The position numbers and the translations under genes were made by a program. A DNA stretch of 24,368 nucleotides from Anthoceros angustus (Eukaryota > Plantae > Anthocerotophyta). Shown here piece after piece: positions 11,056 to 21,600 of the stretch (position 1 is its first letter; each line of letters begins with the position of its first letter). The stretch covers positions 1 to 24,368 of the forward strand of contig VJWM01000386.1 of NCBI GenBank assembly GCA_010909165.1. The letters are read 5' to 3'. Under the pieces are notes generated by a model. It saw only the letters and a program-made list of their open reading frames with translations. It ran no database searches and was not told the origin of the DNA.

Positions 11056-11466
11056 TCAAATCAAATAATTCGGTTTGAAGATTAGAGACCGAATTTTAAG
11101 AGATGAAAATTGATTATAAAAATCATGAAGAGATGGAGTTTGAATTCTATTTTTATTTGTCAAAAGCAGTACGGAAGAACTTAATCCAATTATTAAATTT
11201 GGAATATGGTTAAGGGCCAATTCCAAAGCTTTAATATGAATAGGGCTGAAGTATTCAAGTAAATGACATCTTGATAACTTGATAAGCTTCCCTTGATCCG
11301 GTTTTGGAAATAAAATTGATGCAATGAAATTTGCTATAGATGAAGAGATTTGTTCTATTTCACTCTCAATAGCTTGTTGCCTAATGAGATTCTCTTTCCT
11401 TTTAACCTTCTTTTCTCCTTCTAATAGAATTGAAGTCCATGGAGAAATTATAGAAGATTGAAACAT
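11056..11466 (-). CDS. Extra 136-aa sense ORF between the Copia PBS and gag; unknown function
   Basis: Uninterrupted ATG-to-stop ORF in AT-rich DNA. It is longer than any surviving gag/pol fragment of the same element. No motif recognised. Confidence 0.5.
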   Translation of the reverse strand: MFQSSIISPWTSILLEGEKKVKRKENLIRQQAIESEIEQISSSIANFIASILFPKPDQGKLIKLSRCHLLEYFSPIHIKALELALNHIPNLIIGLSSSVLLLTNKNRIQTPSLHDFYNQFSSLKIRSLIFKPNYLI

Positions 11467-11614
11467 ATAAGCATGTTAAAGGAAGAGATGAAGAATTGGT
11501 GAAATAGAGAATGTAGAACAATAGCACTCCATCTAGACGAATGCTAGATTTAAGAGTGCCTTGTAAATAATCTCCTCATATATAAGAAACATAAGCATGC
11601 GCGAGAAACACGAT

Positions 11615-11625
11615 GCTCGATACCA
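11615..11625 (-). other. Copia primer-binding site, tRNA-iMet
   Basis: Minus strand TGGTATCGAGC directly after the LTR terminal CA; canonical TGGTATCAGAGC minus one base. Confidence 0.9.
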
Positions 11626-11867
11626 TGATGAGAATCAGAGCTCTTAGATTAGAAGAAGAAGAAACAATGTAAGTGTTTAATGAGTAAAGTACAAGCCTTT
11701 AAATAATTGGGTGGTTACACCATAAGTGGTTGCAACCATAAGTAGTTGCAATTGTTTGTAACCAATATAACTAATATAACTACTAACTACCTAAATAACC
11801 CTAGGTAAATAATAATGTTTAAGTTATGAGGCTAATGAATAGTGCCTAATCTAGACCTATTTTATCA
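11626..11867 (-). repeat. Copia 5' LTR (242 bp)
   Basis: TGAT...ATCA termini, adjacent to the PBS, near-identical to 714-966. Confidence 0.95.
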
Positions 11868-12778
11868 TGCGCTTCCACCCTCATCGAGTCCTTTGCCATT
11901 CTGGAGGAATTTGCGTCTTGTGAGCCAGCAGTGTGGTAGAGGAAGTCGCGGTGGTCGGAGTGCTTGGTGGAGGACTTGCTCACTTGCAAGTGCCTAAACG
12001 AGTTGCTCCCCTTGTGAATGGTTCTTGTGAAATTGCTTTGCTTTGGGTGTGTGGCAATGCCGAGAACTCTCGGCTTGAGGGTAGACTGGAAAGACTCCTG
12101 GAGGTTCTCATTGTCTGGTGTCAAACTCATAGGCCCAAGGAAGAACTTCGGTGGAGGCCAGGCGGTTGCCGTGGGCGTCGAAACCGATGGCCGAACGAGG
12201 TTAGAATAGGAGGAAGAGGATGAGAAGATGAGAAGATGAGTAGAGGATTAGAGGTGTAGGTGTTAGTGGAAGGCCACAGGCAGAGCCTAAGGGACGAATC
12301 CCAAATCTGCAAGTAAACGAGCGCTCCCTGAGTGGAGAAGAGTAGTCTTAGAAGTAGGGACGAAATCGCGGTGTGAACCGGGGGTCCTGGCGCCCGTGGT
12401 AGGCTCCTTGCTGCTGAGGCAGGACCCGCAATTGTGTTGTGTCGTTGTAGGTCGAGGTTTGGTCTTAGAAGTAGGGACGAAATCGCGTGTGAACGGTCCC
12501 TGGCGCCGTGGTAGGCTCCCTTGTGAGGCGGACCCGCAATTGTTTGTGTCGTTGTGGGTCGAGGTTGGCGATTTTCAAGCGGTGCAAGTGGTGCAGTGAG
12601 GGAGGAGAGTAGAGGCGCCTTGCTTGAGAAGGTGAGAGTTGTCAGGTGGCGATTGGACATCACAAGGCCTCGAACTTTCACACAAGTCTCATGGGACGAA
12701 ACCCAACGTCGGCGATTGGGATAAGTGTGGCCGCTATAGTGGGAGGACCTGGGAGTGCCCCGGATTCTCCCTACCACA
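11868..12778 (+). repeat. Family-A Gypsy 5' LTR (A1), R/U5 part
   Basis: Highly similar to the reverse complement of 18628-19500. Ends ...ccctaccaCA, followed by a TGG-initiated PBS. Confidence 0.92.
12345..12566 (+). repeat. ~117-bp tandem duplication in the U5 of A1 (also in A3 at ~18840-19045)
   Basis: gtcttagaagtagggacgaaatcgcg starts at 12345 and 12462. Confidence 0.9.
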
Positions 12779-12781
12779 TTT

Positions 12782-12795
12782 TGGCGCTGTCGGAT
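12782..12795 (+). other. Gypsy primer-binding site (non-Met tRNA; possibly Ser)
   Basis: TGGCGCTGTCGG, 3 nt after the LTR CA. The tRNA identity is not established. Confidence 0.75.
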
Positions 12796-13497
12796 TTGTT
12801 GTTGAAAGGTTGAAGTTTTGTGGTTTCCATCGCTAGGTCAGCATGCTTGAGAAGGGAGGGTCGACCATGTGTTGTGAGGAAGAAGCCACCTTTAGTTGTC
12901 ATCGGGTGAATGGTTGAGACACTAGAGGGGTGTGGTTTGCTTCCTTCTTAACGATCGTGGGTTGGAGGACATGAGGATGGTTGCGGATGTCGGGGTCGAT
13001 CTAGGGGATACACGCGAAGGTCACCGCACATCAAGAGATTTCTGAGCCTTGAAATCACCAGGAAGAGACCGCCGCTACTCGAGGCAGCGGGAGGAAGTAG
13101 AGTTACGAGCGGACGTGGAAGAAGTCGCCTTGACCTCGGGCGGCGGAGGTGCGAGCAGCGGGAAAAAGTGGAGGAGGAAGGCGAGGGAGATCAAGCGGTG
13201 AGAGGAAGGAGGTCGTAGAAGAGAAGCGGTGACCGGGTGGCGAGGAAGGGTCGCTCCTCCGAGCACGAGTTACCGTCCACTGGCCGCCGCTTTGCTTCTC
13301 AAGCGGTGACACCACCTCATCTCCAGCGGTGGCGCAGGGTCGTGAGCGGGAATTCGGCTTGGTCGGATTTGGCGGAACGACTCGATCATCTGGTCGATTT
13401 TGGGACGAACTAGAGGGAGGTCGCTACTCCTCAAGGATCCCGATTTGTTTCCGTTACCCGGCGAGGAGTGTTGGTCCAGGACACTCGACCGAGCAAC

Positions 13498-14765
13498 ATG
13501 AGTGGAGTTGGTGGAGGAGGAGGACCGCCTTCTTCATAGTCGCCAATAATACGCCAAATTCGAGAAGAAGAAGGGAGATGACGCGAAGCGTTGTAAGAAC
13601 TTTTGAGCATGTCTCCCATGCTAACTTGGAGGATGGAGACGCCGATCGACACGCATCTTTCCGGGACTGCGAGAGGGCATGCAATGGTATGGTCGCACAT
13701 ATAATTCGTGGCGCAGTTGGGAAGCTCTTAAGCTTCTTGAATCGGTTCGAGGGCTCATTCGCACACCACACCTTTGAGTTGAGAACCCTCCGTGGGAAGA
13801 AAGTCGTTGTTCGATTATGTGGAGAGGTTTTACGGATATCTGGATCGAGTTAAAATGTGCAGGCGGAGATCACCCACCTCAGGTACTCACAAAGCAAGCG
13901 TTGGATTGGTTTGTGAGTGGCTTGTCGCGAAAAATGGAGGTACCTGCGGTGTGGAACAAAGGCGTTGGCGGGAGCCCTCCGCTTAGGCGAGGAATGGGAG
14001 TCGCCGAGTTGGGGAGGAGGAGGAGAAGAAGAGGCGAAGTCATAAGAAGAGGAAAGGATCGAGGAGATCTAGCTCCTCGTCTTCCTCTGCCTCCTCAGCT
14101 CGCCTCCTCATCCTCATCGAGTGAGGGGCAGTGGAACTCGAAAGCTCCACATCGGATGAAGAATCGGAGAAGGCCTACGAGCAGAATGAAGAAGGACTGG
14201 AGAAGGTCAAAAGGCAGCGAAGAAGAGGCGGAGCGCATTGGAGAAGGAGAAAGGAAGACGGTCCGTCGGATGGAGAAGGGAGAAACGTCTGCGGTGGACA
14301 AGTGGAGGCTTTGACCAAGAGGTTGACCGAGTTAGAGGTCAAGCCATGAAGAATCAAGCTCCACGAAGATCTCCTTCACCGAGGCGGTTGGTGTATTGCT
14401 CAATCATCATCAAAGGACACACGCAAATGTATTCGCACGACATCTGTAAATCATGTGGAAACCGTCATGCGAGATTATTGGTATGTGGGCGGCGTGCAGT
14501 GCAAGCGGTCCTTTGGAAGTCGGCCACCTCAATCAATGAGGCGACTTACCAACCGCTACACAGTTCCCTCAAGGTATGGATCACGCGGCCGACGCCGGGA
14601 CAATGGAGACCGGATCCATCACAGGCCAATGGCGATTCCACAGGGGATGTTGTTATAATTCGGAGCCCGGTCACTACTCAAGCAGAATGCCCGAACCGCG
14701 GAAGCAAGTGGGTTATGCCCTTTTGCGGTATGTAAGGAATTGGGACATAAAATGGGGATCCCGGT
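13498..14765 (+). pseudogene. gag: Gypsy gag (capsid plus zinc knuckles), frameshifted
   Basis: Candidate ATG at 13498. Motifs VRTFEHV, WEALK..FLNRF, SLFDYVERF and WFVSGL. Degenerate CCHC knuckles at ~14651-14693 (CYN..EPGHYS..CP) and ~14724-14763. Confidence 0.85.
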
Positions 14766-15529
14766 GCAGGGGTGGCGAGTGACACCCACGACCGAGTCGG
14801 GTTCACGCCCACGGAAGAGGCACGACCCAACCCACCGCGTTCGTGACCACACCGGTGTTGAAGGTGGAGCGTATGATTCCTCGAGGATTCGTGTGACATC
14901 GGATTGTGGAGGGGTATGAAGGAGATGGCGATGATGAAGGTTGATGGTGGCGGTGACCACGGGTCGAGTCGAGAAAGGGGCGAATGCGGAAGCAGCGCGC
15001 GAAGCGGAGGAAGGTGAGGATGACTCACCATGGCCTCCAGACAGCCGTTCGAGCGCGCGAGGAGCGAGAGCTCACCCAGGCGGGTGGCGGACTACCCGGT
15101 AGTCCGGCACCCTCGGGATAGACCGGACTACCTCGGTGAGGCGAAAGGAAGGGCCAAAGGAGGAGGAGGAACGCGTTTCCTCCCGACATTAGCCGAAAAG
15201 CGGCAATCTTTGGAAGATGAATTAACAGGCTCACCCGACACGGAAGTGGAGGTCGCGAGCAAATTGAGGATCCATGGGTATGGGATCCCACCCGATAGGA
15301 GGGTCATGGAATCGAAACTTTACCAATAAGGTCGACCAGCTGTGGCTGCAAGCGGGAGGAAACTTTGTCGATAAGATCTCCGGTTGACGCATTACTTGAC
15401 CTTTGTGGTCGCTTGAGCTTGCTTGCGGTGAGTCCAAGATCCCGCAAAATTGTGAAGGAGGCGATCGGAATCACAAGCGGTGGGAGGGAGCCGGTGGAGG
15501 TAAATGTCGAACTCGTTGATTTGGGGGCA

Positions 15530-17827
15530 CCCGAGATTGAGGTTGAGATTGCGGTGTTTGGTGCGTGCCATTAGATTCGGGATCGGAGTCAACTTGATGA
15601 CGGAGGAGACTCATCAACTTGGGTTCAGGTTTCACCCGGCCCGAGTATTTTACGGATGTGGCCGACGAGGAGGAAGCCATTGGGGTCTGAAGAATGTACC
15701 AATGTGATTGGGGTCTCACCTTCCATCTTACCTACATTGTGATGCGGGTTTGATTTAGGCTATAAGGTTTTTGATAGGTGAGCCTTGGTTATTTGAAGGA
15801 GGCGGCACTCGGTGAGGATCAAGCAATGCAATGAATCCCAAGTATTCCATGGTTATTAAGGATCACAATATTTGGGGGGTAATTTATCCGGTGCTCACCG
15901 GTAGTGGGTATATCGTAAATTGTACCAAAGCGGCGAGGAAAGGTTCGGGTATGCCAAGATTTGAAGCTCAATGAAGCGAAGAAGGATCATCACCCTTTAC
16001 CTTTCATGGAAGTGTCTTTGGAACGATGGTGGACATGAGATGTACATTTCTTGGAGGTATTAAGGTACAATCAATTTATTTGAGGAGGATCAGGACAAGA
16101 CAACATTCACGACGGATTGGGGAACTTACGCTTATTCGAAGCTCCCTTTCGGGTTGTGCAATGCCCCTGCCACTTTCCAGCGTGTGGTGAACGCGATATT
16201 TCGGGACTTCCTGAGAAAGTTCATGGAGGTATTCCTGGATGATTTCTGCGTGTTTGGGAAGAGAGACCTGCATCTAGACCATTTGAGGCAATGTTTTCAG
16301 AAGTGCAGGGAGTCAAACATGAAGCTTCATCCAGGGAAATGTTATTTTGGTATGACGGAAGGTATTTTGTTGGCACATCGAGTTTCAGTAAGAGGATTAC
16401 AGGTAGATAAGGATAAAGTAGCAGTGATAGCTGAGATGGACGCACCACAGACGGTGAGACAGGTGCGAGCTTTCGTAGGACTCGTAGGGTATTACAGGAG
16501 GTTCATCAAGGATTTCGCCAAGGCGGCCTTGACACAATTGACCAAGAAGGATACACCTTCGAATGGACCAATGCAAGGCAGGAAGCTTTTGACAAGAAGG
16601 GCACAGTGAGCGCCAACATTACAACCGATTGGGAGAAACCGTTTCACGTCTATGTAGATGTGCTTATGCCATTGGGATCCTAAGCGGAAAGATGAGAAGA
16701 AAGCGGGATCATCCGATTTTCTATGCGGTGACTGACTCACGGATCTTTGAAAAGAACTACTCAACCACGGAGGCGGGAGGGACTTGGTATCATTTACTCC
16801 TGTAAGAACTTTAGACATTATCTGCTTGCTTGCAAGGTGACGTTCCATGTTGACCATTTTGCGTTGAAGTACCTTGTAAACAAAGCCGGATCCGGGAAGG
16901 ATTGCCGGTGGATCACTGCTGCAAGAGTTTGATTATATGTAGAAACTAGGCCGAGGCGACAGAATGCTGATTTTATTTCTCTGGCGGAGAGCGATTTGAG
17001 GCCATAGATGGGATTTCACGAGGAGTTGGTTGCCACGGCTGGTCGGAAGGAGAAGAGCATGTTATAGACAGCCTAAGAATTGATCAGCAAGTCTTGTCCA
17101 TAGCAGAAAGGCCAAATGAGCAAGAAGGGAGCGTTGTGTAGGAAAAGCTACAGCAGAACAATCTGGAAATCCTAGAGAGGATAAGAGGGCGCCAGCATGG
17201 GCGCGAGGAGGAGGCTGAAATGCTTCTCAAGGGTGAGCAGTCAGGAGGGCTGCAAGTGGAGGCCACGAGTTGGCAAAGGAGGCGCACCTCGTGACAAGTT
17301 TGAAGAAGACTTGCAGGAGAAGGAGGTGACAGATTCTTGGGAGATCACTCCTCTGGAGGACATGGAGGTGCAGGAAGGCGAAGAGGTCGCCATGGGAGCA
17401 CGAGTTGGTCCTAGACGCGAGGCTCGGCCGGCAGGGACGGACGAAATCAGCCCGTTAATGAAGGAAGACCGTGCAGGCGTCCTACAGATCGAGGAACGTG
17501 CAGCATGGGCGAAGCAGGGAAGAAGTGGGCCCGCAGATGGATACACGCCATCTGGAGCTACTAGCGGACGTCCTAGGAGGAGGGGACATAGTGCGCCTGG
17601 AAGGAGGAGATTGGAACGTGAGGGGCGTTCATGCCCAAGATATTTGTTGGACGGTGAAGTACGCAAGTTCCTGGAGCATGGAATCATGCCGGATGGTTTG
17701 TCCGAAGGCGGGTGGTTTTTCTCCATAAGGCCGCACCCTATTGGGGGAAGGCATCTTACAACTTGGACGGACGAAGATCCGGTGTCTCGGTGAGGCTGCA
17801 CTCGTCACGAGGCGCTTGCCATGGCGG
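15530..17827 (+). pseudogene. pol: Gypsy pol: protease, RT, RNase H, start of integrase (frameshifted)
   Basis: LDSGS..NLMTEE (PR, ~15572); VRVCQD..KLNEA.KKDHHPLPF and PFGLCNAPATFQR...FMEVFLDDFCVFG...KCYFGMTEGILLAHRVS (RT, Athila/Tat-like); DWEKPFHVYVD and KNYSTT..EGLGIIYSCKNFRHYLL...VDHFALKYL (RH); FLHKAAPY...ACHGG (integrase N-terminus) cut at 17827. Confidence 0.95.
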
Positions 17828-18627
17828 TGTGGCACCACCAAGGAAGGAGGCGGTCGCGGCGCCAGCCAATCAGGCCCACCGGTCAGCGGAGCCTCAGCCG
17901 ACAAGGAGGTGACCAAGAGGCGAAGGCAGCTTTGGGCGCCAGGGCCTGCCGGTTCCCCTACCACCTACGGAGTGGGGAGGCGGAGGAGGCACACAAGGCG
18001 AGGCGAGATGCTGTAAGGGCAGGAGGCCATGGCGCCGCACCACAGAGGTCCATCCCCGGTAGTAGAGTGAGGCAGGTTCCGGACCCCCTCGCCACCTCCG
18101 AGCCCCAAGCGGTGAGGAGAAGGAGTTAGCGGCCAAGAGGGCCAAGGAGGTGGAAGGTCCAGACACACTGGGGACCGAGGGTCCTGATTAGGTCCCGAGA
18201 GCCCACCGCAGATGGCGATCCTTAACGGACCGGGAGATGCCGCGCCCACAACGGACTTCCGGTGCCTCAGGTGGGAGGAGACAAAGGAGGCTGGCAACCA
18301 TTATGGACGTATGCTGGGTCTCATGAACGCGGAGAAGACCGAAGTGGAGCCACCCGCACGGATGGTGGAGCAGTCAGTGGAGGCGCCCAAGCGACTGAAG
18401 AAGGCGAAGTCTCGCGAGAATCGAGGAGGAGAAGCGCGGCGGAGAGGGAGGTCAGGTCCGTTCAACAAGATTGGACCAAGATCCTGGGTACGATTTTCGG
18501 TGACGCGCCGCACAATCCGTGTCGTTGTAGTAAGGAGTCCGTTCCAAGGGAATGATAGGCTCTTCTGCGCACGATTCTCACCTCACTTTGCGTGCATTCG
18601 CACTCAACGCACACATTCACGCAGCCT
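17828..18627 (+). mobile_element. Probable family-B LTR (B1), U3 part, inserted in the Gypsy integrase; continues at 23787-23820
   Basis: Integrase similarity stops at TGTGGC (17828). 18578-18627 joined to 23787-23800 (tcacctcac...tcacgcagcct/tgctaactactcg) aligns with minus-strand 24358-24298 (tcacctcac...tcacgcggacttgctatcctctcg). Confidence 0.6.
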
Positions 18628-21600
18628 CGTGGTAGGAGAATCCGGGCACCCCAAGGTCCTCCCACTATAGCGGCCACACTTATCCCACTGCCGCAGACGT
18701 TGGGTTTCCCATGAGACTTGTGTGAAAATTCGAGGCCTTGTGGTCACCAATCGCTACCGCACAACTCACCTTCTCAACAAGCAAGGCGCCCACTACTCTC
18801 CCTCACAGCTGCACGCCTTTCGCTCGAAAATCGCCAACCCTTGACCCACAACGAACAACAAGGTCCGCCTCGGGCGAGGAGTCTATCACGGGCGCCGGGG
18901 ACCCCTGGTTCACACCGCGATTTCGTCCCTACTTCTAAGACCGAACTTGACCTACAACGACACAACACAATCAGCCTCGCAGAGGAGCCTACCACGGCGC
19001 CTGTGGACCCCCGGTTCACACCGATTTCGTCCCTACTTAAGGCTACTCTTCCACCTGTGGAGCGCTCTTACTTGCATTTGGGATTCCCCTTAGGCTCGCT
19101 GTGGCCTTCCACTAACACCTACACCTCTAATCCTCTACTCATCTTCTCATCTCCTCATCCTCTTCCTCCTAGTCTAACCTCGGGCTTGACTGGTTTCGCA
19201 CGACAACCCTGGGTCCGCCTCCACCAGCAAGTTCTTCCTTGGGCGGTTGCTATGAGTTTGACAGACAATGAACCTCCGGAGTCTTTCCTGTAGTCTACCC
19301 TCAAGAGAGTTCTGGGCATTTGCCACACACCCAAAGCAAAGCAATTTCAAAGAACCATTCACAAGGGGAGCAACTCGTTTAGGCACTTGCGTGAGCAAGT
19401 CCTCCACCAAGCACTCGACCACCGCGACTTCCTCTACCAGACTGTGTTGGCTCACACCGCACGAAATTCCTCTGTAATGGCAAAGGACTCGGAGCGTGGA
19501 AGCAAGACATGATACTTTATTTTGTGAAATCCTCCTCCTCTTATAGGAGGCCTTCCACATACAACCTCCCTTGGGTGACCCTCCGCAGTCACCTTTTCCA
19601 ATATTCTATTATTTCCTACCGACATTTAAGGCTGGCATCTAAGTCTCTTCGATCCTAGGTAAATTCTATTCTAGCAACTTCACCTATGGCCACTCTTTAA
19701 TGTTGCCAACCTACACCACCTATCCTTCCCCCAAAGCTCATTTATGGTCATTGACAATCTCTTTGGGGTGGCAACGGGTTCCCTTGTTGGTCTTCTCATC
19801 CCCTTTGCGCTGGTCTTCCCTTTGCTGCTGGTCTTCCTCCTCGACTCCATGACTTTTGGGGCAAGTACCTTCGCCCTTCCGACCTTTGGGCACCTTCCCC
19901 GCCTTCCGCGGCGCCCGATTCCTCTGCCATCCAGCAATCGCGCCGCGCACTCGAATGGCCCATCTTCTAGCCTCCACCGCGACCGCGCTCCTTCAAAGGG
20001 CACCCTACCGCGGTAGTCCGCGGACTCGGGTAGGTGACTACCTACCATGGTAGTCTGGTCCCTATCTCCTTCCCTCTTCCTCATCGGTGATGGTCCACAG
20101 GGTTGAGATCCTTTTGCTCCTTTCCTATTGTTTGATTTGTCCATACCTATTATGGAGCATGTCTTCAAAGGTTCCTCCCCATTTCTGACCGATGTTGTCA
20201 CCTCGCTAATTCCTCCGGGCCTTCTTTGCGTTGGTCTCCTCTCTTGGCCCGGCTCCTCCCTTATCCGTGGGGTGAGGGAATTTCTTACCCTTCTCCTGTC
20301 TTCACGGGCCATACCCGTCTCTCTCCTGGCATTGCTCCCTCAACCACCTTATCATCTATCTTAGGGGCATGTTGGATCCCCGCCCTTCCATCCTCAATCG
20401 TCGTGGCTGGCTCCCCTCGGTCCCACGCGTAGGTACCGCCTACCGTAGTCGCACTACCGGCGTGGGTGGCACCACGGTAGTGGCAGACTACCGTGGTAGG
20501 GTGGTCACCACTGGTAGGGTGACCCCCTACTGCTTCTGCGCCATCTCCTTCCTTTGGCCGAGGACTCATCCTCCTCTCCTTCACTTGTGGAACAAGTGAC
20601 CTCCTTCTCGCACTTATGTTGGTAGGTTGAGCTCCTCTTTGTGATTTTTCATTCTCCTAGGGAGACAACCTCCTCCTTAACATCTCCTGTGGGGGCCAAA
20701 GTACTTGCCTCCCCTACCATCGCACTCCCCTCAACAGCCCTTGCATCCATTGCCTCCTTCGACAGACCTACGATGGTAGGCTGCCTCCCTACGGCGGTAG
20801 GCTGCCTTCCTACCGTGGTAGGTTGCCTTCTTCCCTCCTGTTTCCTTATGGCACTATGGGCTCCTCTCTCGCCATTTCTTCTCCAAACTCCTCGAAGTCC
20901 ATATCGCTTGTGACCTCATCAAAATCTAAGGGCCCTGGCTTAATCTGCACGAGGGCCTCCCTATCATCATCGTGTGGCCCAAGCATCCTCCTCTTCACAA
21001 TTATTGTAGGCCTCCACACACACCATGCCATCGCCCAATATTTTTGGCAATGGGTTTACACTCCAAACTACCACCATGCGCTTCATGAGTTGGGGTTTCT
21101 TGGCCTTGAAACCCTTCACGGCATCCACACGCTTCCTCGAACCAGCCTCATCCTTGCTTGGCTCTTAGCAATCCCATGAGGAGAACAAACACCAAGCTAA
21201 GCACCAAGAACACTAAGGACATCCCTCTTATAAGAAATTCACTCTCAAAACCAAGCCAAGGCACACCAAGACCCAAGAAATTGGTGCCACAAGAAAGAGA
21301 ACACCAAGAGGAGATGGCGGCATCACTCTTAAGAAGGCACACACAGCAGGCGCACACAAGCTCTAGCTCACTCCCTCTCTGCACTTTTAGGCAGTCTTTC
21401 TCATCGACAATTATAGCAACAGAGCTCCTAAATTGCAGCCATAGATTTGAGTGGTTGCAAGCATGTGGCCATATCCCATCCATTATTTACAGCCATAACC
21501 TCTAATTTCTATCGTAGCCATCAATCCCCACCATGAATCTAAGGATCCTTTCCATCCATCTTGCACAAATTCAAGACCCTAGTTGGTTTGCACCAAGAAG

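Larger units (their letters stand above)
714..11867 (-). mobile_element. Full-length Ty1/Copia LTR retrotransposon (degenerate; ~7.1 kb without the nested solo LTR)
   Basis: Direct LTRs at 714-966 and 11626-11867, PBS 11615-11625, PPT 967-976. Minus-strand domain order is gag-PR-INT-RT-RH. Flanks tcgc (710-713) and tgcgc (11868-11872) look like a degenerate 5-bp TSD. Confidence 0.95.
12779..17827 (+). mobile_element. Internal region of a non-chromovirus Ty3/Gypsy element (family A), interrupted in the integrase
   Basis: PBS followed by gag-PR-RT-RH-INT order. No same-orientation 3' LTR occurs in the window. Confidence 0.92.

Noticed and set aside
11868-19500. DIRS-like element with inverted terminal repeats around gag-RT
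   Set aside because: The element has an aspartic protease, a tRNA PBS and an integrase N-terminus, and no tyrosine recombinase is visible. The inverted copy is a separate solo LTR extending to 23786.
20711-20735. Apparent LTR start plus PPT (cccctacca / ctcccctca), which would make 20736-23786 an internal env-like region
   Set aside because: Sequence to the right is homologous to A2 up to A2's TG start, so it lies within one long LTR.
20767-20830. CRISPR-like palindromic repeats
   Set aside because: The variable part is only 4-7 nt, there are no cas genes, and the context is a eukaryotic retroelement LTR.
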